From positions 1 to 60,452 of the forward strand of contig JAGWAD010000038.1 in the NCBI GenBank assembly GCA_018302105.1: DNA of 60,452 bases, read 5' to 3'. The stretch comes from Candidatus Woesearchaeota archaeon. GTDB lineage: Archaea; Nanobdellota; Nanobdellia; SCGC-AAA011-G17; GW2011-AR18. Below, in pieces: positions 39,613 through 50,367 of this stretch. The translations under genes and the position numbers were made by a program. A model generated the notes under the pieces. That model was not told where the DNA came from, ran no database searches, and worked only from the letters and a program-made list of their open reading frames with translations. How positions within the stretch are numbered: position 1 is the stretch's first letter; every line of letters starts with the position of its first letter.

Positions 39613-41634
39613 TTAATGGCTGCAAGTCATCCTGGTACAATTTTCCATCCTGAAATCACCATCTTCTAAATGTAAAACTTGCTTTCCTTTGCTGCCGTAT
39701 CTAAAAACAGTTATTCCTTTACATTTTAATCTATAAGCTAATAAATATGATTTTCTTACAGCTTCTTTATTTGCATTTTCAGGAAGGTTTACAGTTTTAG
39801 AAACACCATTATCCACATATTTTTGAAAAGCTGCTTGCATTCTAATATGCCATTCAGGGTGAATATCAAAAGCAGTCACAAAAATTTTTTTTACATTATT
39901 CGGTATTGAATTAATTCCTTGTAAACTTCCTTGTTTTGCAGTTTCATCCATTAATTCTTTTGAATAAAATTTTCTTTGCATTGCAATTTCCTCAAAATTT
40001 TTGTTTATTTCAATAAGATGAGAACCTGCTAAAGCTTCTCTTATATAACTTACTGCAAACAAAGGTTCAATTCCGGAAGAACAGTCATTTGCAATTATAC
40101 TTATTGTTCCTGTTGGAGCTATAGTTGTCACAGTTAAATTTCTCATAGAATCATATTTACTTTTTAATTCACTCTTGTAAAAATTTGGAAAATTTCCTCT
40201 TTTTAATCCCAATTCAGAAGATTTTTCCCTTGCTTTATTTTGTATAAATTGCATTATTTTTTCTGCAAATTTTAAAGCCTCATTGCTGTCATACTTAACA
40301 TTTAATTTAATTAAAAAATCTGCCCAGCCCATGATTCCCAATCCAATTTTTCTATTTGAAAATGTTGCTTCTTTTATCTTTTCATCAATATAATAATTAG
40401 CATCAATAATATTGTCTAAAAAATGGACAGCTATCCGAACGACGATTTTAAGTCTTTCCCAATCTATTTTTCCACTATTAACAAATTTGCTTAAATTAAT
40501 ACTCCCAAGCACGCATGACTCATAGTCGAGTAATGGTTGTTCTCCACAAGGATTTGTAGCTTCAATTTTTTTATTTATTCCATGTTTTCTATTAATTTCA
40601 TCAATAAAAATCAACCCAGGATCTCCGTTTTCCCATGCTTCTTCCACAATAGTCTCAAATAATTTTCTTGCATTTAATTTAGCAAATAATTTATTATTAA
40701 ATTTTAAATAGTGATCTTTATTTTTTAACACTGCCTGCATAAATTTATCTGTAACAGCAACTGAAATATTAAAATTAGAATTATTACATTTATCTTTACA
40801 TTTAATAAACTGGATTATATCAGGATGTTCTACATCTAAAATTCCCATATTTGCTCCTCTTCTTCTTCCACCAGCTTTTATTACTTCAGTCATTTTATCA
40901 AATAATTCTAAAAACGATAAAGGCCCTGACGCAGTACCTTTCGTCGTCCCTACAATATTACCTTCAGGTCTTAATTTCGAAAAAGAAAATCCAGTTCCTC
41001 CCCCAGTTTTTTGAATTAGTGCAGCTAATTTTAAACTGTCAAAAATACTATCCAGACTGTCTGGTATTGGCAAAGTAAAACAAGCACTCATTTGTTGTAC
41101 AGAAGTTCCTGCATTCATCAAACAAGGACTATTAGGTAAAAACTCAAAATTTTTCATAATTTCAAAAAATTCTTCTCTGCTTTTTTCTGCATTATCACCA
41201 TATTTTAAATCAACTACAGAAACAGCATTGCTAACCCTACTTAACATTTGTAACGGAGTTTCTACTACATTCCCTTTTTCATCTCTTAACAAATATCTTT
41301 TCTGTAAGACCTTAATTGCATTTAAATTTAATTTTAAATCATCTTGTTTTAATTCATTTATTCTATTTTGTTTATAATTTTTAACAATATCTAAATAATT
41401 TAAGTCACTTAAAACCTTCTCTATAATATTAACTGCATCAATTATATTAGGTATTTTCCCTTTAAATTTTTCAAATAAAACTTTTTCAATTTTATCAACA
41501 ATAAGATTAATATCTGTAATATGCTGATTTGCAGAAAAAGCAGCATGAGTAATTGAAGTCATAATCCTATTTCTATCAAATTTAACTATAGTTCCATCTC
41601 TTTTTCTTATATAGGAAATTTTTCTTTTAAACAT
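39613..41634 (-). CDS. nrdJ: class II (B12-dependent) ribonucleotide reductase with ATP-cone
   Basis: KRDG ATP cone, [43 protein letters not shown]; no intein. Confidence 0.95.
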   Translation of the reverse strand: MFKRKISYIRKRDGTIVKFDRNRIMTSITHAAFSANQHITDINLIVDKIEKVLFEKFKGKIPNIIDAVNIIEKVLSDLNYLDIVKNYKQNRINELKQDDLKLNLNAIKVLQKRYLLRDEKGNVVETPLQMLSRVSNAVSVVDLKYGDNAEKSREEFFEIMKNFEFLPNSPCLMNAGTSVQQMSACFTLPIPDSLDSIFDSLKLAALIQKTGGGTGFSFSKLRPEGNIVGTTKGTASGPLSFLELFDKMTEVIKAGGRRRGANMGILDVEHPDIIQFIKCKDKCNNSNFNISVAVTDKFMQAVLKNKDHYLKFNNKLFAKLNARKLFETIVEEAWENGDPGLIFIDEINRKHGINKKIEATNPCGEQPLLDYESCVLGSINLSKFVNSGKIDWERLKIVVRIAVHFLDNIIDANYYIDEKIKEATFSNRKIGLGIMGWADFLIKLNVKYDSNEALKFAEKIMQFIQNKAREKSSELGLKRGNFPNFYKSELKSKYDSMRNLTVTTIAPTGTISIIANDCSSGIEPLFAVSYIREALAGSHLIEINKNFEEIAMQRKFYSKELMDETAKQGSLQGINSIPNNVKKIFVTAFDIHPEWHIRMQAAFQKYVDNGVSKTVNLPENANKEAVRKSYLLAYRLKCKGITVFRYGSKGKQVLHLEDGDFRMENCTRMTCSH

Positions 41635-41905
41635 AAAACCTCTTTTCTAATATATAGAATCAGTTATATAATTTAAATATCTTTCTAAGTCTAAATTAGA
41701 AAACTTAGACAAACTTGAAAGACTTTTTTATTGAATAAAATAGTTATAAACTTTCTTTACAAAAATTTTAGAGTTTCTTCACTGCCTCTATAAAAATCAG
41801 GGTTTGCTATTTTAAAATGATTACAAAAAAGGAGGTTATGACACTAGTTATTTTATGTTTATACAGCTCATAAACCCAATTTAACAATGACTTCGTATAT
41901 ATATA

Positions 41906-41930
41906 GTTATACGCAATCGTAAGAGATGCC
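41906..41930 (+). other. left boundary of cassette-like unit (GTTATAC core + 14-bp inverted repeat arm)
   Basis: GTTATACGC(41906-14) and TCGTAAGAGATGCC(41917-30) are complementary to GCGTATAAC(46306-14) and GGCATCTCTTACGA(46233-46). Confidence 0.6.
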
Positions 41931-41975
41931 TACACGAAAGGCTTTGTTTAATTAGTCCTTATTTTAGCTTACATT

Positions 41976-43235
41976 TTAAACACTCTCCTGACTTTTTAAA
42001 CAGAATTGAGGATTAATGTTTAATTCATAAACGGCTTCAATTAAGCAACAGATATTATGACATAACACTTTCAATAATAATTCATTTACTTGTGCAATTT
42101 TGGTTTTACTTCTTAGATAATCTCCCAATTTAGATTTTATCATATGGTTTGTTGTTTCTATATTGCTTCTTAGATGGTAATGTTCTAAGAATTCTTCTTT
42201 GTTAAACTGGAAGTAATGAAACATTTTATTCCATGTGCTTGAACCTCTGCTTTTTCCAGTAGCGTTATCCTTGAATGGAATAAAAGCCGTTCCACCTAAC
42301 GAATTTACTAAATCGTGATTTTCTCTGCTTGAATAAGCCTTATCTCCAGTTACTTCATCTATTCTAAAGTTCTCTGCTGTTTTTTCTATTAATGGCTTGA
42401 ATTCTGGACAATCATTAGAATATTCTCCTGTTATTGATACTGCTGTAACTATATTGGTTTTTATTCCTACGCTTAAATGTGCTTTAACCCATTGCCTATA
42501 TCTCATGTCCTTTTGGTGCTTGTAACTAAAATATCTTGCAAATCTACAAGTAGAGAATCCACTACTATCTACTGCAAATTTAGTTTCTACACTTTTTAAT
42601 GGCAATGAACTTAATTGTATTAGGTTTTGGAGAATAGACGTTAGTTCAGGTTTATTCATTATGTTACTTATCGTTACATAATTACATGGCTTCTCTATGT
42701 ATTTCTTTTCTAATGCTATGTTTGTCATTCCAGTAAATCTTCTTAATGAAAAAGTTGAGTAAACCTTTAATGCCGATAAGTATATTCCGTCTTGCAAAGG
42801 GAATGATGGTCTACCAAACCCATATTCTTGCTGTTTGACATTCTTAACTAAGTCAGCCATTAGTTCCATAAATAAAGGCTGTTCATTGCACTTAGCCTTA
42901 TTATAACTCTTCCAGTCTTGAGGATAGCTTACTTTAATGGTCTTAGTTTGTGTTATTACAGTGTTTCCTTCATTATCAATTTTTACTTCTTGATTTAATA
43001 TGTATTCAACTGCGTAGATATGTTTACATTTTCCTTTTCTTGTTTGATAATCTGGGCAGTCGCATTCTTCTTTCATACTAGACATTTTTACAATATAATT
43101 TCCCATTCCAAACTGGCTAGGAACTTTAAAGTCTCCTTTGTCAGTTCTAGTAATATTATATTTTTGGGCAATTATCTGTCCTCGTTCTTCTCTTGTCAGG
43201 TTCTTGTAGTTTGTTTCGTTTAGGTTGGTTTTCAT
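41976..43235 (-). CDS. SWIM-zinc-finger + DDE transposase (IS5 family, IS903-like)
   Basis: SWIM CDCPD..CKHIYA; VDSSGF, TGDKAYSS, YHLRSNIET, LRSK. Confidence 0.9.
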   Translation of the reverse strand: MKTNLNETNYKNLTREERGQIIAQKYNITRTDKGDFKVPSQFGMGNYIVKMSSMKEECDCPDYQTRKGKCKHIYAVEYILNQEVKIDNEGNTVITQTKTIKVSYPQDWKSYNKAKCNEQPLFMELMADLVKNVKQQEYGFGRPSFPLQDGIYLSALKVYSTFSLRRFTGMTNIALEKKYIEKPCNYVTISNIMNKPELTSILQNLIQLSSLPLKSVETKFAVDSSGFSTCRFARYFSYKHQKDMRYRQWVKAHLSVGIKTNIVTAVSITGEYSNDCPEFKPLIEKTAENFRIDEVTGDKAYSSRENHDLVNSLGGTAFIPFKDNATGKSRGSSTWNKMFHYFQFNKEEFLEHYHLRSNIETTNHMIKSKLGDYLRSKTKIAQVNELLLKVLCHNICCLIEAVYELNINPQFCLKSQESV

Positions 43236-43392
43236 TGTTTATTATCCTTTACTTATATACCTAATAGGTATAGTAAGTATATAAAGATTATTGTGGTGTA
43301 GTATATCAATTAGGTATATAACATTAAACATAACTTAATCTTATATATATTATAACACATATCTTTAAATATAAAAAGAAACTATTAAATAC

Positions 43393-43587
43393 GTGAAAAA
43401 CATCATTAATAGCACGAAAGAGGGTTTTGGTGTAGGCGTTCTTATAAAAGGTAATCGTTGTTATCGTTGTGAGCATTTTTGGGTTCCTAGAGATGAAAAT
43501 AAAGTTGCCACCATATGCCCTTCTTGTAAAAGCCCTTATTGGAAAACTCCTAAAACAAGATTTAAAAAGGGAGAGAAGAAAAGATGA
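43393..43587 (+). CDS. small zinc-ribbon protein
   Basis: CYRCEHFW...CPSCKSPYW. Confidence 0.75.
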   Translation: MKNIINSTKEGFGVGVLIKGNRCYRCEHFWVPRDENKVATICPSCKSPYWKTPKTRFKKGEKKR

Positions 43588-44975
43588 AAAGTTTACAAAA
43601 AAACGGAAAACTTTTCAGAAAAAAAGGCACAAGCAATATTAATTCTAAATACTATAATAAAAGGATGTCAAATAATTTAAGCATACAAATTCAAAAAAAT
43701 AAGCCTACAGTTGTTAGTTTATTTTCTGGATGTGGGGGTTTAGATTTAGGATTCAAGAATGCTGGATTTGAAATAATCTGGGCTAATGATTTTGATAAAG
43801 ATTCTGTAGAAACATATAAAAGAAATATTGATAATAGAATAGTTCATGGGGACATAACAAAAATATCTAGTTCTGAAATACCTAAAAATGCAGACGTTTT
43901 ATTGGGTGGTTTTCCATGCCAGAGTTTTTCTGTTGCAAATAATAAAAGAGATGTGAAAGATAAAAGAAATTTTTTATATAAAGAGATGTTAAGAATAATA
44001 AAAGATACTCAACCTAAATTCTTTATAGCAGAAAATGTTAAAGGGATATTATCCCTTGGAAATGGAAAAGTGATAGATATGATAATAAAAGATTTTAATT
44101 CAATAGGATATAAAGTAGAAAAACCATTTATTATTAATTGTGCATATTATGGAGTTCCACAATTTAGAGAAAGAGTAATAATTATGGGAAATAGAATTAA
44201 TGCACCAAATACATTTCCGAAAATAACTCATAAGAATGGATATAAGACTCCGATTCCAGATTTTATAAAACCTGAAGATTATCATAATTTACCATATGTA
44301 ATATCGGTAAAAGAAGCGATAGAACATTTACCAGAACCAAATACACCAGAAGGTAAAAATATTCCCAATCACATTGGTTCTAATAAAGTAAGTGGAAAAT
44401 ATGTTGCAAGAAAAAATGAAATAGACCAAGCAGAAATATGCGATTATCTTAAAACATGGAGAACTAAAGCAAAGATAACAACGCATAAAATAGATGAAAT
44501 TTTAGGTTATAGACATACAGCAGGACACTGGTTTAGAAAAGATATATCTGGTTCTATACCCTCACCTAAAGACTGGGCTAAACTAAAAAACATTTTAGGT
44601 TTCGATAATAAATATGATAGATTAGTTACAGAAGTTGAGATAAGAAGAATAAAGTTTGAACAATCATTAAGAGTTACTAACTGGGATAGACCAAGCGATA
44701 CTATAACTGCAAGTGTTCCAGAGATTCATATAAACAAGAAAAGAAGATTAACAGCAAGAGAATGTGCTATACTTCAAAGTTTCCCAAATAACTTTGTATT
44801 TTATGGAAGCCTATCAAGTCAACATAGACAGATAGGAAACGCAGTACCACCATTAATAGGTGAGCATTTAGCTAGAGAAATTAAAAAATATATTGAAAAT
44901 ACTAATCCAGAAAAACATTGGAAAGAGTTAAAAATGGTTAATACTACGTTAATTGGTGGAACTTACCAATACTGA
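43584..44975 (+). CDS. DNA (cytosine-5) methyltransferase with HTH-like insert
   Basis: SLFSGCGG, GGFPCQSFS, ENVKG, YGVPQFRER, RRLTARECAILQSFP, QIGNAVPP. Confidence 0.95.
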   Translation: MKSLQKNGKLFRKKGTSNINSKYYNKRMSNNLSIQIQKNKPTVVSLFSGCGGLDLGFKNAGFEIIWANDFDKDSVETYKRNIDNRIVHGDITKISSSEIPKNADVLLGGFPCQSFSVANNKRDVKDKRNFLYKEMLRIIKDTQPKFFIAENVKGILSLGNGKVIDMIIKDFNSIGYKVEKPFIINCAYYGVPQFRERVIIMGNRINAPNTFPKITHKNGYKTPIPDFIKPEDYHNLPYVISVKEAIEHLPEPNTPEGKNIPNHIGSNKVSGKYVARKNEIDQAEICDYLKTWRTKAKITTHKIDEILGYRHTAGHWFRKDISGSIPSPKDWAKLKNILGFDNKYDRLVTEVEIRRIKFEQSLRVTNWDRPSDTITASVPEIHINKKRRLTARECAILQSFPNNFVFYGSLSSQHRQIGNAVPPLIGEHLAREIKKYIENTNPEKHWKELKMVNTTLIGGTYQY

Positions 44976-45654
44976 ACTAGTACAATTAGAAAAAAAGTAT
45001 ATGGATATTGTATGCAATATTCTTTCTAATAATATTGGAAGATTCGTTAATGAAATCAATAGCCAAAAACATATGCCTGAATACTTACCTACAAATAAGG
45101 TAAACCCTATTGAGACCGCTTCTGAAAATATCATGAACGCAATGATTGCAAGACGTTTAGATTGGGGAGTAGCTTCAATGCAAGGAGCATCTGATTCTTG
45201 TTACGAATGTGGCGATGCAATAATTCACATAGACGCCAAAACAATTTTAGATACTGATGGAGATGCTAGAAAAAAGAGCAATAGAATAGATATAAGACAA
45301 AATCAAACTTCTTTTGATTTTGATTATGCTCATAAAGTAAAACACTCAAAAACTCATAAAGAATATACTTGGAAACCAAAATTACATAGATATGAAAACC
45401 ACGCACTTTTTGGAAAAGTACCTAACCTTAGTTATATATTAAGAGTGACTTGGTCACAAAAGAATCTTGTAGAAGAAATATCTTTTATCTGTATTCCTAA
45501 TGGACAATTCTTTAATACCCATCAAACTATTCTGGCTGGTGTAAAATCATATCCTAATGAAGGTACAGATTTGGAACACATAAGATTTGATATTAAAAGG
45601 CTAATAGAAATAGACAACTGGAGAGAAAAGGTAATTTACAAAAGAATTAACTAA
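44953..45654 (+). CDS. type II restriction endonuclease, BglI/SfiI-like PD-(D/E)xK
   Basis: SD...HIDAK catalytic motif, NQTS, CIPNG, IRFDI resemble BglI (NQVS, VPNG, VRVDL); overlaps MTase. Confidence 0.7.
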   Translation: MVELTNTELVQLEKKYMDIVCNILSNNIGRFVNEINSQKHMPEYLPTNKVNPIETASENIMNAMIARRLDWGVASMQGASDSCYECGDAIIHIDAKTILDTDGDARKKSNRIDIRQNQTSFDFDYAHKVKHSKTHKEYTWKPKLHRYENHALFGKVPNLSYILRVTWSQKNLVEEISFICIPNGQFFNTHQTILAGVKSYPNEGTDLEHIRFDIKRLIEIDNWREKVIYKRIN

Positions 45655-45746
45655 AATAGACTTATTAAACAAGATTAGCACTTTTTAAACAAACATTACT
45701 TATTAAACAAAGCCAGCTTTATTAATTCACCAATTTTACTAATTTT

Positions 45747-46229
45747 ATGGAGAAAAAAACACTTTTAGATTTCATAGCAAAGGCACACAGGCATACTTAT
45801 GCCGCACCAAAAGAAGTCAGAAAACAACATAGGTGTGAGGTGCCCATTCAAGAAGGTCATAAAGATTATGAATTTGTAGAAGAAGATTTAAGATATCACG
45901 ATTCTTATGCAGGAAGCCAATGGGCACCCGGAAGAGAAGTTGTTTTCTTCCAAGAAAATCCTATTTGGTGCATGGCATATCAAGGACAACATAATCCAAA
46001 ATTCGATGACGCTTTTTTCCAAGAACAAGCATTTCCCTTTCTGAAAAAAGCTCTAATGAATTTTGATGATAGTGTGCCTTTTAGAGGACCTAAAGAATTC
46101 TCTGATGGAGATTTTAAATATACTTTTGAAATGGAAGGCGATTATGATTATTTCAAAGGACAAGAGAGAATTCTTTATAGAGGAGAAAGTGTTTTTTTCC
46201 AAGATGTGATGGGTTCATTAATAAAATAG
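45747..46229 (+). CDS. DUF5680-like protein
   Basis: TYA, YHDSYAG, GREVV, PIWCMAY.G, FLKKAL, PFRGP, F.G.E.I. Confidence 0.75.
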   Translation: MEKKTLLDFIAKAHRHTYAAPKEVRKQHRCEVPIQEGHKDYEFVEEDLRYHDSYAGSQWAPGREVVFFQENPIWCMAYQGQHNPKFDDAFFQEQAFPFLKKALMNFDDSVPFRGPKEFSDGDFKYTFEMEGDYDYFKGQERILYRGESVFFQDVMGSLIK

Positions 46230-46232
46230 GAC

Positions 46233-46468
46233 GGCATCTCTTACGACTTCTTCGGAATTTTTTCAAAATTCCTCGACCATGTTGCACTCTCGCCTTCGGC
46301 TCGGGGCGTATAACAGGTATTATGTTCAATAAGCTCTCCGAGAAATAGATTAAAATAATAAAATAAGCATCTTCATTATTAAATTAAGAGGAGTAATTCA
46401 ACTCGTATTGAGAGCTTACTCTTCGTCGCTTCGCTCCTAGTCCTCATTTCATTCGGAGAACTTAACAA
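46233..46468 (+). other. attC-like palindromic recombination-site region with embedded mini-hairpins
   Basis: Starts just after the stop codon; GTATAAC core; TAAGCTCTC/GAGAGCTTA and TCTCCGA/TCGGAGA arms; GGAATTTTTCAAAATTCC and GCCTTCGGC hairpins. Confidence 0.5.
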
Positions 46469-46485
46469 GGGAAGCCATCCCACAA

Positions 46486-46761
46486 TTATATCGAAGAAGT
46501 GAAGAAATTTCTCAAGAACACAAAAGAGACATAGCTCTCTCTATTAATCCTCTTATTTTCCCTTATCATTCGATGAATTTTTCCTAAATTATGTGCAATT
46601 GAAATTAAATTCATTTCAATTTTAACTTTCTCGAGACCTCGCAAGAGAAATTCTCTAAATCCGAGGTTCTGTTTTATGTGGCCATACACAGGTTCCACAG
46701 TAACTTTTCGTAAGGAATAAAAGCCATATTTTCCAGAGAAATAAGGCAAACAGAAAATCAA
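46486..46761 (-). pseudogene. IS1182-family transposase C-terminal fragment
   Basis: YSLRKVTVEPVYGHIKQNLGFREFLLRGLEKVKIEMNLISIAHNL. Confidence 0.85.
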
Positions 46762-46802
46762 AACCTAATAAAGATTATAAATAGCAAAATTTTCTTAAGT
46801 GG

Positions 46803-48683
46803 ATGCAATTATTATTTTCACATGAATCAATAAGAGAATCACAAAAAGAGTTAATAGATGAAATATTAAATACTATAAAAAATAAATCAAGTTTATTAGT
46901 ACATGCCCCAACTGGATTAGGCAAAACAAGTGCTGCAATCTGTCCAGCATTATCTTATGCTTTAGAAAATAAATTAACAGTAATTTTTGTAACTCCAAAA
47001 CATACGCAGCATAAAATAGCAATAGAAACAATAAGGACAATAAAAGAAAAATACAATTTAGATTTTGCAGCAATTGATTTGATAGGAAAAAGAAGCATGT
47101 GCGCCCAGCCAGGCGTTATTTCAATGTCACAAAATGAATTTACAGATTATTGCAAAGATATGATAGGTAACAAAGCCTGCCATTATTATAACAATATTAA
47201 AAATAAAGAAAAGTTAAGTTTACAGACAGAAGCTTTACTAAAAGAAATAAAAACAAAAGCCTTGCATGTTGAAGAATTAAAAGAATTATCATCAAAAAAT
47301 AAACTATGTCCATATGAAGTTTCAATTATTTTAGGAGCAGCTTCAAAAGTGATTGTTGCAGATTATCACCACATCTTAAACACTTCAATAAGAGAAAATT
47401 TGTTGACTAAAATAAATAAAGACTTATCAGAAGTAATAATCATATTTGATGAAGCCCATAGTATCCCAGAAAGATGCAGAGAATTATTAAGTTCACAAAT
47501 ATCAACATTAACAATTGATTTGGCAGCAAAAGAAGCAAGAAATTTAAAATATGAGGAAATTGGTTTCAATATACTAAAATTAAGAAATATTCTGGAAAAG
47601 TTAGTAAGTGAAAAAACAAGTTTTGAATCAAAAGAAGGACTTGTAAAAAAAGAAGAATTCATTAATTTAGTAAACAATGATTTAAATTATGAAGAATTAG
47701 TTAAAAATGTAGCATTTATAGCAGAAGAATCTGAAGATACAAAGAAACGTAGTTTTGCTAAATCTTTATATTCATTTTTGCTAAATTGGCAAGGCCCGGA
47801 TAATTCATTTACAAGAATAATTAAAAAAGGATTTACAGAAAAAGGACATGGAATAATAACTTTAAGTTACAAATGTTTAGACCCTTCATTAATAATAAAA
47901 CCCATAGTAGAAGATAGTTATTCAACAATTTTTATGTCAGGAACACTAAATCCAATTGAAATGTATAAAGATTTATTTAACACAAATTCAAAAGGAGTAG
48001 AATATAAAAATCCATTTCCAAAACAAAATAAATTAAATATTATAGTTCCAGACACTACTACAAAATTTACAGCAAGATCTCCTGAAATGTATAAGAAAAT
48101 AGCAGAGTATTGTGCCTCTATTTCAAATTCAGTCCCTGGAAATACAGCAATATTTTTTCCAAGTTATAAAATAAGAGATGAAATAAACAATTATTTCAAA
48201 ATACTATGTAATAAAACTACATTTTTAGAATCTTCTGGTTTATCGAAACAGGAAAGAACAGAATTAATAGAAAGATTCAAGCAATACGAAAAATCAGGAG
48301 CAGTTTTGCTTGCAGCATCAGCAGGTTCTTTTGGAGAAGGAGTAGACTTTCCTAAAAATATTTTAAAATGTGTCATTGTAGTTGGGATCCCATTAGACAA
48401 ACCAGATTTAGAAACACAGGAATTAATAAATTTTTATGATAAAAGATTCAAAAAAGGTTGGGATTATGGTTATGTTATGCCTGCATTGATAAAATGTTTT
48501 CAGAATGCTGGCCGTTGTATAAGATCAGAAAACGATAAAGGGGTAATTATTTATTTAGATCAAAGATATTTATGGGAAAGTTATTTTAAATGTTTTCCAA
48601 AAGATATTAATTTAAGAATTACAAAAGAGCCCTTGCCTAAAATAAAAGAATTTTTTGATGAGCATAATATCACTCAATCATGA
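46803..48683 (+). CDS. xpd: XPD/Rad3/DinG family Fe-S DNA helicase
   Basis: APTGLGKT, Fe-S Cys, CPYE, FDEAH, SGTL, FFPSY, GEGVDF, QNAGRCIRS. Confidence 0.93.
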   Translation: MQLLFSHESIRESQKELIDEILNTIKNKSSLLVHAPTGLGKTSAAICPALSYALENKLTVIFVTPKHTQHKIAIETIRTIKEKYNLDFAAIDLIGKRSMCAQPGVISMSQNEFTDYCKDMIGNKACHYYNNIKNKEKLSLQTEALLKEIKTKALHVEELKELSSKNKLCPYEVSIILGAASKVIVADYHHILNTSIRENLLTKINKDLSEVIIIFDEAHSIPERCRELLSSQISTLTIDLAAKEARNLKYEEIGFNILKLRNILEKLVSEKTSFESKEGLVKKEEFINLVNNDLNYEELVKNVAFIAEESEDTKKRSFAKSLYSFLLNWQGPDNSFTRIIKKGFTEKGHGIITLSYKCLDPSLIIKPIVEDSYSTIFMSGTLNPIEMYKDLFNTNSKGVEYKNPFPKQNKLNIIVPDTTTKFTARSPEMYKKIAEYCASISNSVPGNTAIFFPSYKIRDEINNYFKILCNKTTFLESSGLSKQERTELIERFKQYEKSGAVLLAASAGSFGEGVDFPKNILKCVIVVGIPLDKPDLETQELINFYDKRFKKGWDYGYVMPALIKCFQNAGRCIRSENDKGVIIYLDQRYLWESYFKCFPKDINLRITKEPLPKIKEFFDEHNITQS

Positions 48684-49044
48684 ATTATTTTATCAATTAA
48701 ATCACATATTGCCTGTTTAAATTTTTCTTCATCTTTTCTTGCATATGCTAATTCTACTTGAGTATATGATAAGCCCCAATATTGGCCATGTGCAGGAAAT
48801 TGTTCTCTTGGATGAATATATTCCTCCCAATTTCTAAATTTAGTAAAAAATTCATAAATATTATTGATTGGTAAATCTTTAATATTAAAATTAAACTTAG
48901 ATTTTCCAAATACTTCCATTTTTTCAGTAATATCATTCCCAGTAAAATCTAAAACTTTGATACATAAATTAATTAATTCTTTATCAGTTGCTCCTGTAAT
49001 TGCCTTACAAAATGGGTTTTATAAAATAATTCTGGTTCAATCAT
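48674..49044 (-). CDS. hypothetical protein, probable frameshift near 49020
   Basis: MIEPELFYK / NPFCKAITGATDKELINLC... reads into track ORF 48674..48919. Confidence 0.5.
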
Positions 49045-49144
49045 AAAAAAAGAATATTAAAAAAGAATAAAAAAACTATCTTCTTGCAGTTTTCCATAAA
49101 AACCAAAAATATTCTAGAGAAATTGTTATATAAATTTACTAATT

Positions 49145-49735
49145 TCATAAATCTAAAAGTCTTCTAATTTTATTTCTAAACCTTTCAGGATATCTTTCAA
49201 GATATTTATTTAATTTTTTCTCATTAATTATTTTTTTTATCTTCATTAAGATTTTTCTGTCAAGCTTACTGTTAAAGATTATAAGATCAATAAATGTTTT
49301 CTCTACATCGGAATATGGCAAATAAAAATCTCCTTCTTTTACAAATTCAAATCCAAAAAAATATTTCTTATCAATATTTCTTATAAGTATATTTCTTCCA
49401 AGTACTTTTCTAATACCTCTTCTTACTTTTTTTGTTGTTAATATTATAGGTACCGTCTCTTGTTCCCATATACCAAAATGGCTTAAAGAACTTTGTAGCC
49501 CTAAATAAGCAGGTTTAAAAACAAAAACAGCCAGAGATATATCCTCATGAATTGTATAAACACCCTTTCCAATCTTTTTTATTTTTTCTTTATCCAATAA
49601 ATTATGGATTAATAATTTAGTATAACTGCTGTGTTTATTTTTACTTTTTATTATTCTTTTTATAGAATTAAACTCTACTACTGGACTTTTCCTAAATAAT
49701 TCTTCTATTTTTTTTAAATGTATTTGTTTTCCCAT
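49145..49735 (-). CDS. AbiEi-like antitoxin / transcription regulator
   Basis: wHTH with KIGKGVY, PAYLGLQSSLSHFG..EQ, SDVEKTFID. Confidence 0.8.
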   Translation of the reverse strand: MGKQIHLKKIEELFRKSPVVEFNSIKRIIKSKNKHSSYTKLLIHNLLDKEKIKKIGKGVYTIHEDISLAVFVFKPAYLGLQSSLSHFGIWEQETVPIILTTKKVRRGIRKVLGRNILIRNIDKKYFFGFEFVKEGDFYLPYSDVEKTFIDLIIFNSKLDRKILMKIKKIINEKKLNKYLERYPERFRNKIRRLLDL

Positions 49736-50367
49736 TTTCTTTTAATATATTCTATCATTTCATTTGCTGTAGGTACAATGCCCTCAAGTAATATAATCTT
49801 CAAGTCTCCTTCATCAATTGGATCCTTATAATTTTTAATTAATTTTTCAATTTCCTTTATCTTTTGTGGGTTTTCTATATTTTTTAACAAAAAGAAAACA
49901 TCCCATAAATCCCTAACTTTAAATCTCTTAAGATATGTATTCAATTTCTCTACTAAAAAAATTTCTGGAGTTAAACTATAAATAACTGTTATAGTACCAT
50001 CAGACATTTCATAATCACAAATAATTCCTGCTACTTTCTGGAATGTTGCTTCTAATCTAACTGGTGTCCTGTCAAGCTCTAATTCTGAATAAACACTATT
50101 TTCTGATATTTTTTTCTTCTTGATTTTGAACCCTAATTTTTTTAAATTATCAAACAACAAATTTATTTTTTCATTTTCTTTAGACAGATAAAAATCTAGA
50201 TCTTCAGAAAACCTTTTTCCATGATAACATCGCCATATGCCTGTTCCACCGTGCAGGACAGCAGTATTAAAGACTGTATAAACCTCTTTTATTATCAAAT
50301 CCTGAGCATAGGCTATTTTTCTATGTGATTCTCTCTTCAATCTTACTTGTAAAGGTATTTTTTCCAT
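49714..50367 (-). CDS. AbiEii-family nucleotidyltransferase toxin
   Basis: LHGGTGIW.CY..RFSEDLDF, EKL, RDLWD. Confidence 0.88.
   Translation of the reverse strand: MEKIPLQVRLKRESHRKIAYAQDLIIKEVYTVFNTAVLHGGTGIWRCYHGKRFSEDLDFYLSKENEKINLLFDNLKKLGFKIKKKKISENSVYSELELDRTPVRLEATFQKVAGIICDYEMSDGTITVIYSLTPEIFLVEKLNTYLKRFKVRDLWDVFFLLKNIENPQKIKEIEKLIKNYKDPIDEGDLKIILLEGIVPTANEMIEYIKRKWENKYI

Larger units (their letters stand above)
41940..45714. mobile_element. IS5/IS903-like cargo-carrying transposon
   Basis: 13-bp perfect TIRs GGCTTTGTTTAAT (41940-52) / ATTAAACAAAGCC (45702-14), similar to the IS903 TIR; encloses transposase, Zn ribbon, MTase and REase. Confidence 0.8.

Noticed and set aside
41931..45723. 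9-bp target-site duplication for the IS903-like element
   Set aside because: Flanks TACACGAAA and AGCTTTATT do not match.
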